Positions 11,909 through 24,292 are shown, counted from the stretch's first letter. The stretch: DNA of 61,544 nucleotides from Nemertoderma westbladi (GCA_032718475.1 JAUCBJ010003798.1:1-61544); one strand, 5' to 3'. A program made the numbers and translations. The notes: generated by a model from the letters alone, not told the origin.

Positions 11909-12445
11909 ATTTTGCGTTTTACGCTACTGTTAAAGGGACATCACGCTACTATATGTATTATTTAATATATGGTATGAGAGCAATATTGCAAGAAGCAATG
12001 TCAGTGAGAAGAGGCAAGTCGTTTCCAAGGTCTACCCAGAGCTTGGTTTAGCCGAGACACGAGGATCTGAACTTTGCATTCCTAATACTCTACTTACCAA
12101 TAACACTTGAGTATAGTAGGAGCTTTATTGTACTTTAATAAGTACGGACATTTCATCTTACTGTAGTCACGTATTTATAATATGATACGGACAGTAAGGA
12201 AAGAGAAAAATAATTATTCCTCACCGTTGCACTAAATATAAAGTTAAGTAATTAAGTAATAAACACAAGTATATATATTGCACTAATATACTAAGTATAT
12301 AATCGCTAAAATAATAATCTACTAAATAAAATTAAAGAAAACGAACATACATAAATATAAAATATTAAAAACAAATATAAAATAATGTAGTCACACACCC
12401 ACTCCAGACGCTGTTACGTTGGGGAGTCCCTAGATGTTTGTTGGA

Positions 12446-15400
12446 TTAGGGAGGTGGCGTGGGAAGAGTATCTTGCCTTCCATAGTTTCCGGATAGTTCT
12501 CTGTCTCTTTCCAGTAAACATAAACGACCGACTGGGCGATTGAGTTGCTGTGTTTCGAATACAATTCCAGGTTTCTTAAAGTTACGTCGCATGACGACGA
12601 GTTCTACCGATCGCACTAAACCATAATCGGAGATATGAGTCTCAATGATACGACCTGTCTGCCACCGCTTACGTGGAAGATCTGATTCCACAATAAGGAC
12701 CATGTCTCCGGCGCTGACGTTTTCTTGCTGCGCAAATCACTTGGTTCGAAGTTGTAGCGTAGGCAGATAATGTTTTTCGAAATGGTCAGAGAAACGACGG
12801 GATAATAACTGCATAAGTTGCAAAGTTTGTCGGCAGTATTCGTCTCCGTCCATGATTTCCGATTGTGGGAGCATGGCTACAGGTTTCTTCAGTAGGAAAT
12901 GCGCGGGTGTTAGCGCTTCTAGGGAGTCGGGACTCGATGAGACTGGCATAAGCGGTCTCTCGTTAAGATAGGCGGCGATTTCTTCCATTAACGTCCGCAA
13001 AAGTTCGTCGGTGAGATACGCGCGGCATGACACTATAAAGTGAAATGCGGTCTTCACACTCCTTATTAATCTCTCCCAACTTCCTCCCCACCAAGGGGCG
13101 TCGGCGGCGTTGAAGGTCCAGCTAGATGCTGTTACCCTTAGCTGATCGTCCACCTGTCTTTGGTTCCAATCTTTAACGTAAGCTTTGATCTCATTATTGG
13201 CGCCAATGAAGTTCGTTCCCTTATCAGATCTCATCGTGTTGCTAGTTCCAAAGCGAGCTATCTGTCGGCGTAAACTCAGTATGAAGCTGTTGGTAGATAG
13301 ATCATTCACCATATCTAGATGGATCGCTCTACAAGTCATACAGACAAAGATGACACACCATCGCTTGACTATAGTCCTAGCACGATATACTTCACTAGGG
13401 CCAAATAAATCCACACCGGTATTAGTAAAGGGTGGTTCATAGAAGCTTACTCGTTCCCTAGGTAATTCAGCCTCTCGCTGTGTTAAAGGCCTACTGAATG
13501 CTTTCCTACAGGGTATACAGTTCCTAAGAACTTGGTTCAGAGCTCTACGGGGTTTATGAAAATAATAGCGAGTTCGAATTTCGCTAAGAACTCGTTCTCT
13601 GCCAGCATGGTAAAGCCTACTGTGAACATCTACAATCATCTTGATTTGTATTTCAAGATTTCTAATGAGTATGGGAAACTTAGTGTCAAAGGATAGTGGA
13701 GCATTAGTTAGTCTCCCTCCAACACGTATTAACCCATCTATCATTGTGCTAGAGAAACGATCCCTTAAGCGCATCTGTGGATTTCTCAACAACAGGAAAT
13801 ACTTATCGGAATCTTCATAGCATTGCAGGAGTCTCAGTATCTGCTTATTGGTTTCTTCATGCTCTTGATAACTGATCTTTTCCATCAGAAACATATCCGA
13901 TATTCTATATTTGGGAAGATCTTTAATAGCATGGACCTGCGCGGATGTCAGTGGAGCGGTATCACTAGCGATCTTCGTCCTGGAGTAGTGATGATGGAAG
14001 CATCGCTTCAAATACACGACGGCCTTACAAAGCCGATTCCAGGAGCTATAGTGATTTATCGCTCTCTGCAGGAGAGGTGAGAGTCCCTGCGAGACGTCTG
14101 GTGTTCCAGATTTCCAGTCTCTTTCTCTAATTTCCACAACAGATTTATTTGTGGCGGTGGAGTTTAGATCCACAGCGTCGTCCCCGGAAATGTGTAGTAC
14201 AGACAGATCTATCACGGGTTTAAATAACTTTGATTTACTCGTCCGGGTTTTAGGTTTGACTTTCTCCGCTCCCTTGGCTTGTCTAATCTCAGCCGTGGTA
14301 AGATGAGGAGGCCATTCATCTTCTTCTTTACTTAGGAAGTCGGGTCCACCTAACCAGTCCGGAGTATCTATCTGCGAGGAGTTGCTCCTCTGGAGGCGAT
14401 GTCGGCTGGATTAATCGTCCCAGGGCAATGTCTCCATTGATCTACCTTAGTGCGACTAAGTATAATGGCTACTCTGTTGGTAACGAAGACGCTGAACTGA
14501 CAGACTTCATTGATTATATACTCCAAAACGAGTAAAGCATCAGTCCAATAGACAGTTTTCTCCAGTGGATAGTCGATCTGTTCTGTTACATTCCGGCTGA
14601 TGGCTGTAGCGTATAGAGCCGCCTTTAACTCCGCTTGAGGAACTCGTAGCTTGTTGTTTATCAAGGCCTTAGAGGTAACCAAGGCAACTTTAATTCCATC
14701 CGGAGTTTCAACCCTCAGGTAGGCTACTATACCTATTCCCATATCGCTGGCGTCTCCAAATACATGGAGTTGATAGGAATGCGTGGGGAGAACGTGACCA
14801 AAATATGAACGGGAAATCGTAAAGTTCTCGATGGATGGTAGAGAATCTTCCCATTTCATCCACTTCTTTAGTAGTTCTCCCTTAAGTGGATCGTCCCACG
14901 AGTGGTTTTCAAGCCACATTTGTTGCACTAAACTCCGAGCAACCAATATAACTGGGCTAATAAATCCCAATGGATCGAAATAAGTGGTCAGGATACTTAG
15001 ACAAATCCGTTTAGTTCTAACTGGATTATCTCACTGTTTTAGCTGGAAAAACAGGATATCTCTCTCCATGTCCCATTTCAAACCAAGCGTCTTGGTTTCC
15101 GGAAGATCGTCCTTGATAAGGTCCAGATCTTTAACACCTCGGTCTTCTACCGGGATCGATTCCAGAAACTCACGGGAGTTACTAGTGAATTTGGTTAGTC
15201 GAAATCCACCATGTTTCAAGCACTCTACCATTCCCTTGGCAACATCAATGGCTTCTTCCACCGATGGGAGGGACTTTAAATTGTCATCCATGTATATATC
15301 CCATTTGATGTTGTCGATAACCACTTTAGAGAAAGCGTCTCGGTTGTCATCAGCAGTGGTACGCACTACTGAACAAGCGTTCGAGGGGCTCAAGATGATC

Positions 15401-18400
15401 CCGAAAGCCTGGATGGTCATCCAGTACTCCACCGGTTTTTGGTTGAGGTCTCCTTCAGGCCACCACAGAAATCGTAGGCTGTCTCGATCCCTATCCAGCG
15501 CCTTGACTTGTAAGAACATGCCTTCTATATCCGAAGCGAAAGCAATAGAATATTGCCGTAATCTTAAGAGTATTCCCAACAAGGATTGGAGTAAGTTGGG
15601 TCCCGGCAACAACTCAGAGTTAAGGGATTGGCCCATGTAAAGGGTGGAGCCGTCAAATACTACCCGGACTTCGTCGGGTTTACCGGGTTTGGGAATGTAA
15701 TGATGTGTTAGATAATACGTTCTCTCAGTTATGGGTGTTTCTTCCGGTACTCGCTCCGCGCATCCCTTATCGATGAATTTCTTCAGCTGGGTCTTATACA
15801 TCTCTTTAGCTGAAGCATTGGCCGTAAGACGCCAATGTAGTTGCGCAATTCTCTTCTCCGCTAAGGGTCGGTTATTTATAAAATTGGGTTCTCGCCGTCG
15901 GAACGGAAGACCAATCTCATACCTACCTTGATCTTTAAGAAAACGGGTAGTCGTTTCCTGAATCTGCTTGGCTCTCTCCTCCTCGACAGATAGGGCCTTG
16001 TCGTAGGAATTAGGCTCTACGGCTTCTTGAGTAAAGAATCGGACGGCGTGTTCATCGCGAATCTTATCGTTGTATCGATCTATCACCTCATTTAGTTCGT
16101 CGTTGTAGTCGAATTGTCCGCCATGATTGATGAGATGGCACAGGTTCACTTGGTTTCGCCAAGTTTCATTTTCGGTGAGGAGGTCGATTGTATTTTCCTC
16201 GTCGAATAATTGGTGAATATCGTCATTATCTGAGGAGTGTGGTGTTCCCTCAGTTGTGGTCTCTCCCTCACTGATTTCTTCTTCCCATTCACTCACCTGA
16301 TGTACTTGGTCGTTAGGTAATCTTTCCATGAGTGTTCTACGGGAAGGTCCAGTGAAATACCAACCTACTCTCGTTCTTCCCGCATATGTTTGTAATGGTT
16401 GCGGTCGAGCAGGCCGTTTTTCCAATGTCTCTAGCGCCTCATGCGCATTTTGGCCGATCAATATCTGTACCCCTGGGTAGTCGGCGTTGAATCTAGGGAT
16501 ATCATGCTGCTGGGTAAAATCGTCTTCATCCCAGTTGTAAGGTTCCACTTGGCTGGTAGCAAAGTTCTTTATCGCCACCATTTTTACTGACCTTATGCTA
16601 TGTTCTCCTAGTTTATCCTGGGGAGTGGACAACACGCCTACATAGTAGTCTGTAGCTACTGTGGATTTCCAAACCTGCATAATTCCTGAAAGGTTCAACT
16701 TAGTTCGGAATTTGGGTTGTCCAGCAAAGATGTCTTCGGCTAATTCTTTGTCGATGAATGTTCCTGTGCTGCCGGAGTCCAGGAGGGCGTTTACTATAAA
16801 ACTCTTACCTGGCCCATGGACTCTCAGCTGAACTACTGGGAATTCCCGAATTCCGACGTTGGAAGTTGGCGCTTTCCAAGATGGTTGTCGGTCCGGAATG
16901 GTCGATTGGACTTCATTATCGGTTTCCGTCTCATACGTAAGCGCTCGATACACTGCGGTGTTTATCATATAACAGGATTCGTTTTCGTCGGAGAATTCGT
17001 CCATGTAGAATCCTTCCATCTCAGAGCTGTGGTCAGTGTCATTCACATCACTGAATTGTACATGTAGTTCGGACTCACTTACCTGACTCGTGCCGGTTCT
17101 TTCAAATTCTGTGTGCAGCAAGATATGATGTTTCGCGCTGCACTTAGCGCACCTCGTGTCTGAGTAACAGGTCCGCCGTTGGTGTCCTTGTCTGAGACAA
17201 TTATAACACAACCGCTTATCCCACATGACACGTCTATCCTTTAGGGATTTCTTCAAGAATTCATCACATCCACTCAAGCGATGGGGCCCGTCGCACAATG
17301 CACATTTGGGTTTGATGTTACTTACTTTAACTTGTGTGGTGTTGTGCACACTTGTTCTTTCTTCGGGCTTTCTTCCATGAATTCTCTTAGGAGACGTAGG
17401 AGGAGTTTTTGTTACCGGTTCTCTCCTGTCACTGGTTTGAGACTTAGATTTACTTACGTCTTTAGGTGTTTTGTTGACATAGTAAGATATTTCGGTGTCT
17501 TTCCCGCTGTTCTCCTCCTGGGAGGTTTGGCTTTCGCCGTCGTCTGTATAACACACTGGTGTTACCTTTCTCATAGAAACGGGTTTTTCACTCACCTTAT
17601 TCTCCGGTGTCTTCTCTCGGGACTGCTTTAGGAGCTGTAATCTTACCTCTCCATTTAAGAATGACATGAGATCAGCCATGGTAGGGTCTCTTTGTTGCTG
17701 GTCCATCATATAGAGAACTCTTTTGTCCCAACGCGTACCTACTCCACCCTTTGGCAAAGTAGATGCCACGGCTCCAACAACCATAGAACTCTGATATTCA
17801 TGAGACTTACCTAGCCAATCTAACTGTCTACAGATCTCGAGGATCTCATCGGAAAATTCTATAATCCCGCTGCTAAGAAACTTTCGGGGAGCTACTAATT
17901 TCGCATACAAATACCTAGCTATGTTAGTCCTATTACCATACCTGATGTTTAGCGTATCCCAAACTTGTCTTAATCCATCTGGATGTCCAATAAACTTTAA
18001 CGCCATTAACTTGGGAGGTCCTTCCAAGCACTCGATGAGGAATCTAAGTTTCTCTCCGTTGGATAGTACAGAGTTCTGTATGTTATCTTTGTAATATTCA
18101 TTAAAAGGTAACCATTTCATCTCATCTCTGTTGAACTTGATGATCTCTCCCACCTTTACCGCTTGACGGGCTTCGGTTCTAGCCATTTGACACGTAAAAC
18201 TTTCTTGGGCCATCATATTATTTAATATCGAGTTATAGGTATATAAATTTCTCGGATTATGATCAGGTCTATATGGAATATCATTATCAACCGGTTTATA
18301 ATTACCCTTAATAGGGTTCACTATAGGAGTTTCTACTTCACTAGCAGTATAGATGCGTGTAGGCTCCACACCTTGCGCATGAAATACTTCAGACCTAACA

Positions 18401-19050
18401 GGTTGACACATTGTTACAGGGGGTGGTGTTATACCCCTTTGTATATTTACCAATTTATCGCGTTCTAACGCGATACTCTGCTGCACTTCTTGCAACTCTA
18501 ACCTACCCTCTCTTACTGTTCCCTTTAACTGCTGAACAGTCCCTTCCAACTCCCGGACCTGCTGGGAGGAACGCACACGATGTTCCTCCATCTGCCCGAG
18601 CAGGAGATCCATCCCCCGCCGTCGCTCATCCACCCACTCTACCGCCGAAGCGGGAGCCGCCAACATAGTAGCGGGTAGACGAGGGACGACGGGCGACAAA
18701 TCTTTGATGTCTTGCTCGGCGTCCAGGACCGGGACTGATTCAGGGGCTATTCTACTGGGCACAGGTAGTTTAGTACTGTGCAAAGGGAATTTAGAGTTAG
18801 GTTCTGGAAGTACAGGGGTCTCTATCACAGAGGGGGTGGCTTCAAGAACAGACCTATTTATTTCAGGCTCATCTACTATAGTAGGGAGTCTTTCTTCCCT
18901 AATAATTTGGTCTGTAGGCGCAGGATTACTTAAATCTACACTAGCTAGTTGCCTTCTCACTGCTGGAGGCAAATTAGGGCCTTTGAGGTATATAGGTACA
19001 CTATACCTACATATCTCACTATATAGGTACACTATACCTACATATCTCAC
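12446..19050 (-). pseudogene. BEL/Pao gag-pol polyprotein with 2 in-frame stops (15031, 12737) and 1 frameshift (~14370)
   Basis: Three Gag Zn knuckles (CALCDGPH..C, CYNCLRQGH..C, CAKC..HH), protease LLDSGS, RT YMDD, RNase H LHVFGDAS, NPADIASRG, integrase HHCC, GVDLFGP, SDKGTNF, GGSWERL, C-terminal RPVGRL. Confidence 0.93.
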
Positions 19051-19234
19051 TATTATAGATATACAAGTTGGCCCTTTCGCTCGTTATTTCATCTTTATGT
19101 ATGTATATTAAAATGGTATATGTAGGAACATATATACACAAGATATATTTACTTCCAATCTGTGTTATATAGGTACATAATACCCTTCATTTCAAAGATA
19201 CATATCTATGGCCCTTTAGGCCGAACGTACATAT

Positions 19235-19656
19235 ATATAAGTTTAAATTAAGTAAATAAAGTTAGGGAATATGACTGTAGGGTGTGAGATCAAGTTGTTT
19301 TAGTATAATAATATTTTACGAATTCAAAAAGTGACAACTTATATGATCAATCACTAAAAATTTATTTTTTTATTATTAGCTTTCGATAGCTTTCTCTATC
19401 TTTTTCAAATAAACGATATTCTAGAATTATTGCACTACAAATAGTAATACTACCCTAGCAACTAATGAGTTTGTTAAATCTGTGAATCTTTAATCTTTAT
19501 AATTCTTAAGGATTGAAAACATCAAGTCCAAAGTTATTGATCACCGTCTCGTTGAGAACATTCAAACCCATTGGTTTTAAAGTTTCCAACCGGCACTGCC
19601 ATTCTCCCTCTTTAATTCCGAGTTTTTGTCGGTTCAGTGTTTTGTTTGCTGAGATC
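19235..19656 (-). repeat. Inverted copy of the Penelope 3' end/pLTR
   Basis: Near-identical reverse complement of 21416-21837. Confidence 0.92.
19373..19412 (-). ncRNA. Minimal hammerhead-ribozyme-like motif (inverted copy)
   Basis: Reverse complement of the 21660-21699 motif; the only change is in the stem II loop. Confidence 0.55.
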
Positions 19657-19756
19657 ATGTTAGCTTATCACAACGATTCGTTGTTCTGAAAAATTCAACA
19701 TATTGTAGTAGTGTTGAACGACACTTAAAGATAAATCTTGCTTTAAACAGCACGAT

Positions 19757-20896
19757 TTGGATCCTTCTGTACATTATTTAGTTAAAGTGACTCAATTTGT
19801 TTTAAAATTGAAATATTTGAAAACAATCATTGAATGCAAGGATTGGCTCATTGGCCAGGACCCACAACCAGGTACAGTATTCGGAAATGTGAAAACACAC
19901 AAGGAAAATCATCCATTGAGGTATATTCAATCCGCCTGTGGATCAGTTACTGAGCGTTTGGGCAAGTTTGTTGAATATTATTTACACGAGTTTGGTAGCA
20001 AACATGATGCTTTTCTCAAAAATACATTTGACGTTTTGATTTGGATACGAGATATCAATGAACGTCTAGCTCCCCTTCCGCCAAACTCTAGCTTTTTGTG
20101 CCTTGATGTATCAAATTTCTTCCCTTCAGTTGATAACTGCATGGGTTTAGCGGCAGTTGAGGAAACTCTGGAACAATACAGAACAATTGTTGCAGAAGGT
20201 GACCCACCTAATGAATGCATATTAGAAGCTCTTAAAATTTGCCTTGAAAGCAATAATTGTGCTTTCAATGGCAAACACTTCACCCAGTCTGGGGGTTCAG
20301 CTATGGGACCTTCTTATTCTTGTACCTACACCGATATATGGGGAGCCAAATTCATTGACACGGCAGTGTCTTCCTTTAATAACAGTCCACAAGAATACAA
20401 AAGATACCGAGACGACATTATTTCCTTTGGAATTAATTTTTCGGAAGATATTGTTACAAATTTAGTCACACATTTAAATGAGACAGTACTTCCCGGAAAG
20501 ATTGTCTTTAAGTTAGAACAATTTGGTAAAGAAGTAAATTTTCTGGATTTAACTATTTTTATTGATGACAGTGGATACATCCAAACTAAAAATTATCACA
20601 AGCCTATGGACGTACATCAGTATTTGTGTCCTTCAAGCGCACATCCTCGTTCACAGATTCAAAACATCCCTTATGGTGTAGCTTTACGCTTGCGCAGGAA
20701 TTGTAGTTTAGATTCAGATCTTTTTTCTAGTCTCATTGAGTATGGTTCTGCATTTGTCGCGAGAGGCTGGGATGAGAAAATTGTTGCTCAACAATTTGCT
20801 TCTGCAGCAGTCAGTACGCAGTTTCAAGCCCTTAAAGTAAAAAAAGACAAGCCTAGAAAGAATAAAAAGAAACAACTTTTCTATGTATCACAATAA
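19757..20896 (+). CDS. Penelope reverse transcriptase (5'-truncated)
   Basis: KTHK..PLRYI, LDVSNFFPSV, GSAMGP, RYRDD, VNFLDL, KPMD..QYL...SAHP, IPYGVALRLRRNCS. Confidence 0.9.
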   Translation: MDPSVHYLVKVTQFVLKLKYLKTIIECKDWLIGQDPQPGTVFGNVKTHKENHPLRYIQSACGSVTERLGKFVEYYLHEFGSKHDAFLKNTFDVLIWIRDINERLAPLPPNSSFLCLDVSNFFPSVDNCMGLAAVEETLEQYRTIVAEGDPPNECILEALKICLESNNCAFNGKHFTQSGGSAMGPSYSCTYTDIWGAKFIDTAVSSFNNSPQEYKRYRDDIISFGINFSEDIVTNLVTHLNETVLPGKIVFKLEQFGKEVNFLDLTIFIDDSGYIQTKNYHKPMDVHQYLCPSSAHPRSQIQNIPYGVALRLRRNCSLDSDLFSSLIEYGSAFVARGWDEKIVAQQFASAAVSTQFQALKVKKDKPRKNKKKQLFYVSQ

Positions 20897-21566
20897 TGAC
20901 CCTCTATTACCTAACCCCAAGGTGATTATTTCAAAACATTCCACAATTCTAGATGAACATTCAATGACAAAATCTTTTTGGAATAGTCATAAATTGGAAG
21001 TTGTAACTCGCCGCGCACCAACCTTAAAGAATATCCTTGCGCCATCCAGACTGAGGTGTACAAGGGAACCTTTATCTAGTGATTTTCTAGGAGTTCATAA
21101 ATGTGACAGAGCGGCATGTGTCCCCTGTAAAGTATTATTACCTTTAAAATATGTCAGCTCAACAACTAACAAAAGCCACAGGGTTTATATAAAGAATGAT
21201 TTATCTTGCAATGCTAAAAATGTTATTTATGTGGTGACTTGCCTTAAATGTAACTTATTTGGTATCGGTTCAACAGAGGACTTAAAGCCTAGGATAGCCA
21301 ACTACAAGACAAAGATAATTAATGACAAACCATCGACTGCCATCGACAGACATTTTACTACCTCGGGTCATTCTTACAATGCACACTTCAGAATTACACC
21401 ATTTGATTGTCTACCGATCTCAGCAAACAAAAAACTGAACCGACAAAAACTCAGAATTAAAGAGGGAGAATGGCAGTGCCGGTTGGAAACTTTACAACCA
21501 ATGGGTTTGAATGTTCTCAACGAGGCGGTGATCAATAACTTTGGACTTGATGTTTTCAATCCTTAA
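20883..21566 (+). CDS. Penelope linker + GIY-YIG endonuclease (separated from RT by a frameshift at ~20890)
   Basis: TLKNILAPS, Cys linker CDRAACVPC, NVIYVVTCLKC..FGIGST, R..NYK, HF...GH, LETLQPMGLN. Confidence 0.85.
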   Translation: MYHNNDPLLPNPKVIISKHSTILDEHSMTKSFWNSHKLEVVTRRAPTLKNILAPSRLRCTREPLSSDFLGVHKCDRAACVPCKVLLPLKYVSSTTNKSHRVYIKNDLSCNAKNVIYVVTCLKCNLFGIGSTEDLKPRIANYKTKIINDKPSTAIDRHFTTSGHSYNAHFRITPFDCLPISANKKLNRQKLRIKEGEWQCRLETLQPMGLNVLNEAVINNFGLDVFNP

Positions 21567-21659
21567 GAATTATAAAGATTAAAGATTCACAGATTTAACA
21601 AACTCATTAGTTGCTAGGGTAGTATTATTATTTGTAGTGCAATAATTCTAGAATATCGT

Positions 21660-21699
21660 TTATTTGAAAAAGATAGAGAGAGCTATCGAAAGCTAATAA
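21660..21699 (+). ncRNA. Minimal hammerhead-ribozyme-like motif in the Penelope pLTR
   Basis: ttat-TTGAAAA-a-gatag(agagag)ctatc-GAAA-gc-TA-ataa: stem I ttat/ataa, variant core, stem II, palindromic AGCT stem III. Confidence 0.6.
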
Positions 21700-21857
21700 T
21701 AAAAAAATAAATTTTTAGTGATTGATCATATAAGTTGTCACTTTTTGAAATCTTAAAATATTATTATACTAAAACAACTTGATCTCACACCCTACAGTCA
21801 TATTCCCTAACTTTCTTTACTTAATTTAAACTTATATTAATTTTTGACTGTGGATGA

Positions 21858-22560
21858 ATGGCGATTGTACCAAGAATTTTGTTCCTACAATTAATAAATT
21901 TAGGCTCGCAACTAATTTTGGGTCAACTTCAAAGAGAATTTCTTGAAAATTGCAAGAAGCACAACGTAATACCGAAGGGTTTGAGGATTTGCTTAAACCT
22001 TAATTTACCTGGTAATTCTATTCATTTTGAACAGGTTCGCATTAAAGCTAAAAATAATATTTTTAAAGCCGAATTAAATATTTTGGAAGTTGTTTCTCTT
22101 CATGCCGAGACGAGGCGAAGACATTTTCTTAGTCTTTTTATGAGAGCTAAATCATCTGCTATCACCTATGATAATTCGAATTCAATCTTGTCCCGCGTTT
22201 ATGATCACATGAAAAACACTTCTCGTACAGTGAGACAGCGTCTGATAAAAAAGTGGAACATTTTAATGAATGAAACCCGCTCTGCTTCAAGCCCTAACAA
22301 TGTTTTATACGATAATTTGTTGTCTCATAAAAGACATAAACCTGGACCTCAGAGATCCGCACAACGTAGACTTAATTACTTAAACAGACGCAAAAAAATC
22401 GAAAATAGATTAGTTGATTCAATGTCAATGAACAAATGCGACCCTACTGTATTTGATCCTGTTGTCTATGAAGACATAGAAATCGATGACCCAGCAATTT
22501 TATTGCTCAAGAAAGGACCTTCGTTTTGCCCAATTCCTCCACATGCTGATTTGTATCAGG
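21858..22560 (+). pseudogene. N-terminal part of the Penelope ORF (tail of the partial tandem)
   Basis: FLENCKKHNVIPKGL and LLKKGPSFCP motifs typical of PLE N-termini; runs into low-complexity DNA at ~22560. Confidence 0.8.
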
Positions 22561-23044
22561 CGAACATACCAAATACCAAATACCTTATTCCCAATTCCCA
22601 AATACCTTTATTCCCAAATCACAAATACCTACTTCCCAAATTCACCATTTCTGGGATTTGCGTCCAGTTTCCCCTGGTGAGATATTTGTCTGTATGTGTC
22701 CAGCCCCCCCCCCCCCCCCCCCCCCCCTATTAGCAGGAAATTAGCAGGTTAAACTGTTAAAGGTCTAAAAGCGCGAACACAGTACGTACTGAGTTTAACA
22801 ACAGCTTTCGCCAACTGTTCTTGTAAACAAGATTAAGTTCGGTACACCTTGCCAACAGTAGGGTGGGGGGTAAAGAAAACAGGGCTTAGTGCGATATTCA
22901 ACCATAAAAGTATAGCTGGCACCCTCCCTTCCCTGTCTTACAGATGACTACCAAGAGAGAACGGGCTTCGCAGGTGGCGCTGGCCTTTCGTGATCGAGTT
23001 ATTTAATCACTTGACTTAACCGACACAAAAAATATTTACATTAC

Positions 23045-23184
23045 CTATTAAAGAACAGAAAGTGAGGAGTCCAAATGAGTCCATGGTCCAATGTCAATTC
23101 GTCTAGTCCACCATAGTCAATTGGTTCCCATTCAAGGTACTCATCTCGCCACAACGTGTGGACAAATATTAGCAAGTTTAATTC
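23045..23184 (-). CDS. Cys-loop channel exon 3
   Basis: Acceptor ttcttgcAG, donor GTaatg. ELNLLIFVHTLWRDEYLEWEPIDYGGLDELTLDHGLIWTPHFLFFN matches the nAChR pattern WxDxxLxWxPxxYGG...IWxP. 140 nt, phase 0 to 2. Confidence 0.92.
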
Positions 23185-23589
23185 CTGCAAGAAACATACG
23201 AATTCTCTAGAAAAAGGGTGTTTTCAATTCAAATATTGACCGTAATACTTAAGGGATGCGGGTCACCCACATTTTTTCGACAGTTAAAAATTACCCTAGA
23301 GCCTAGAGGTATAAAAACCAAAAGATAAGAAAAGAAAAGAAAATAATGTTTTAAAAAATTTCAAAAGCGCCACTTTAATTCCTGGTTGGTCAGTTCTATA
23401 ATCAGGATAATATTTTAATGTAATTTTTCTTGCTCCTTTTTTGGGACACCTTCTCTATCTATATTTAAGGTCCGAGTAGCGAGACCTCTAGTATTCACTG
23501 TGTGGTTGGTGCTGTTGTTGCTTCATATATAATAAAGCTTCGTAATATTTCATAAAATGCTTATTTGCTCGCTACATATCTCTGAGATT

Positions 23590-24292
23590 CCCCAAAGAAC
23601 ATATAGAAGACCCGAGGTAGATATCTCGTTTTTCCCCAAAGAACATATAGAAGACCCGAGGTAGATATCTCGTTTTTCCCCAAAGAACATATAGAAGACC
23701 CGAGGTAGATATCTCGTTTTTCCCCAAAGAACATATAGAAGACCCGAGGTAGATATCTCGTTTTTCCCCAAAGAACATATAGAAGACCCGAGGTAGATAT
23801 CTCGTTTTTCCCCAAAGAACATATAGAAGACCCGAGGTAGATATCTCGTTTTTCCCCAAAGAACATATAGAAGACCCGAGGTAGATATCTCGTTTTTCCC
23901 CAAAGAACATATAGAAGACCCGAGGTAGATATCTCGTTTTTCCCCAAAGAACATATAGAAGACCCGAGGTAGATATCTCGTTTTTCCCCAAAGAACATAT
24001 AGAAGACCCGAGGTAGATATCTCGTTTTTCCCCAAAGAACATATAGAAGACCCGAGGTAGATATCTCGTTTTTCCCCAAAGAACATATGGAAGACCCGAG
24101 GTAGATATCTCGTTTTTCCCCAAAGAACATATAGAAGACCCGAGGTAGATATCTCGTTTTTCCCCAAAGAACATATAGAAGACCCGAGGTAGATATCTCG
24201 TTTTTCCCCAAAGAACATATAGAAGACCCGAGGTAAATATCTCGTTTTTCCCCAAAGAACATATAGAAGACCCGAGGTAAATATCTCGTTTT
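23590..24292. repeat. 44-bp satellite, ~16 near-identical copies
   Basis: Unit ccccaaagaacatatagaagacccgaggtagatatctcgttttt. Confidence 0.97.

Larger units (their letters stand above)
8114..19234 (-). mobile_element. BEL/Pao LTR retrotransposon 1 (5' LTR missing, cut at the Penelope junction)
   Basis: Domain order gag-PR-RT-RH-IN, a long 3' region with an extra ORF, then PPT and putative LTR. Confidence 0.85.
19235..22560 (+). mobile_element. Penelope-like element (Neptune-type): inverted pLTR, 5'-truncated RT-GIY-YIG, pLTR, tail carrying the ORF N-terminus
   Basis: 19235-19656 is the reverse complement of 21416-21837 (422 bp). RT and GIY-YIG ORFs are followed by a restart of the ORF N-terminus at 21858. 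Confidence 0.9.

Noticed and set aside
23590-24292. CRISPR-like appearance of the regular arrays (also 43.6-48.0 kb and 49.7-51.1 kb)
   Set aside because: Head-to-tail monomers with no unique spacers, no cas genes, and a eukaryotic context.
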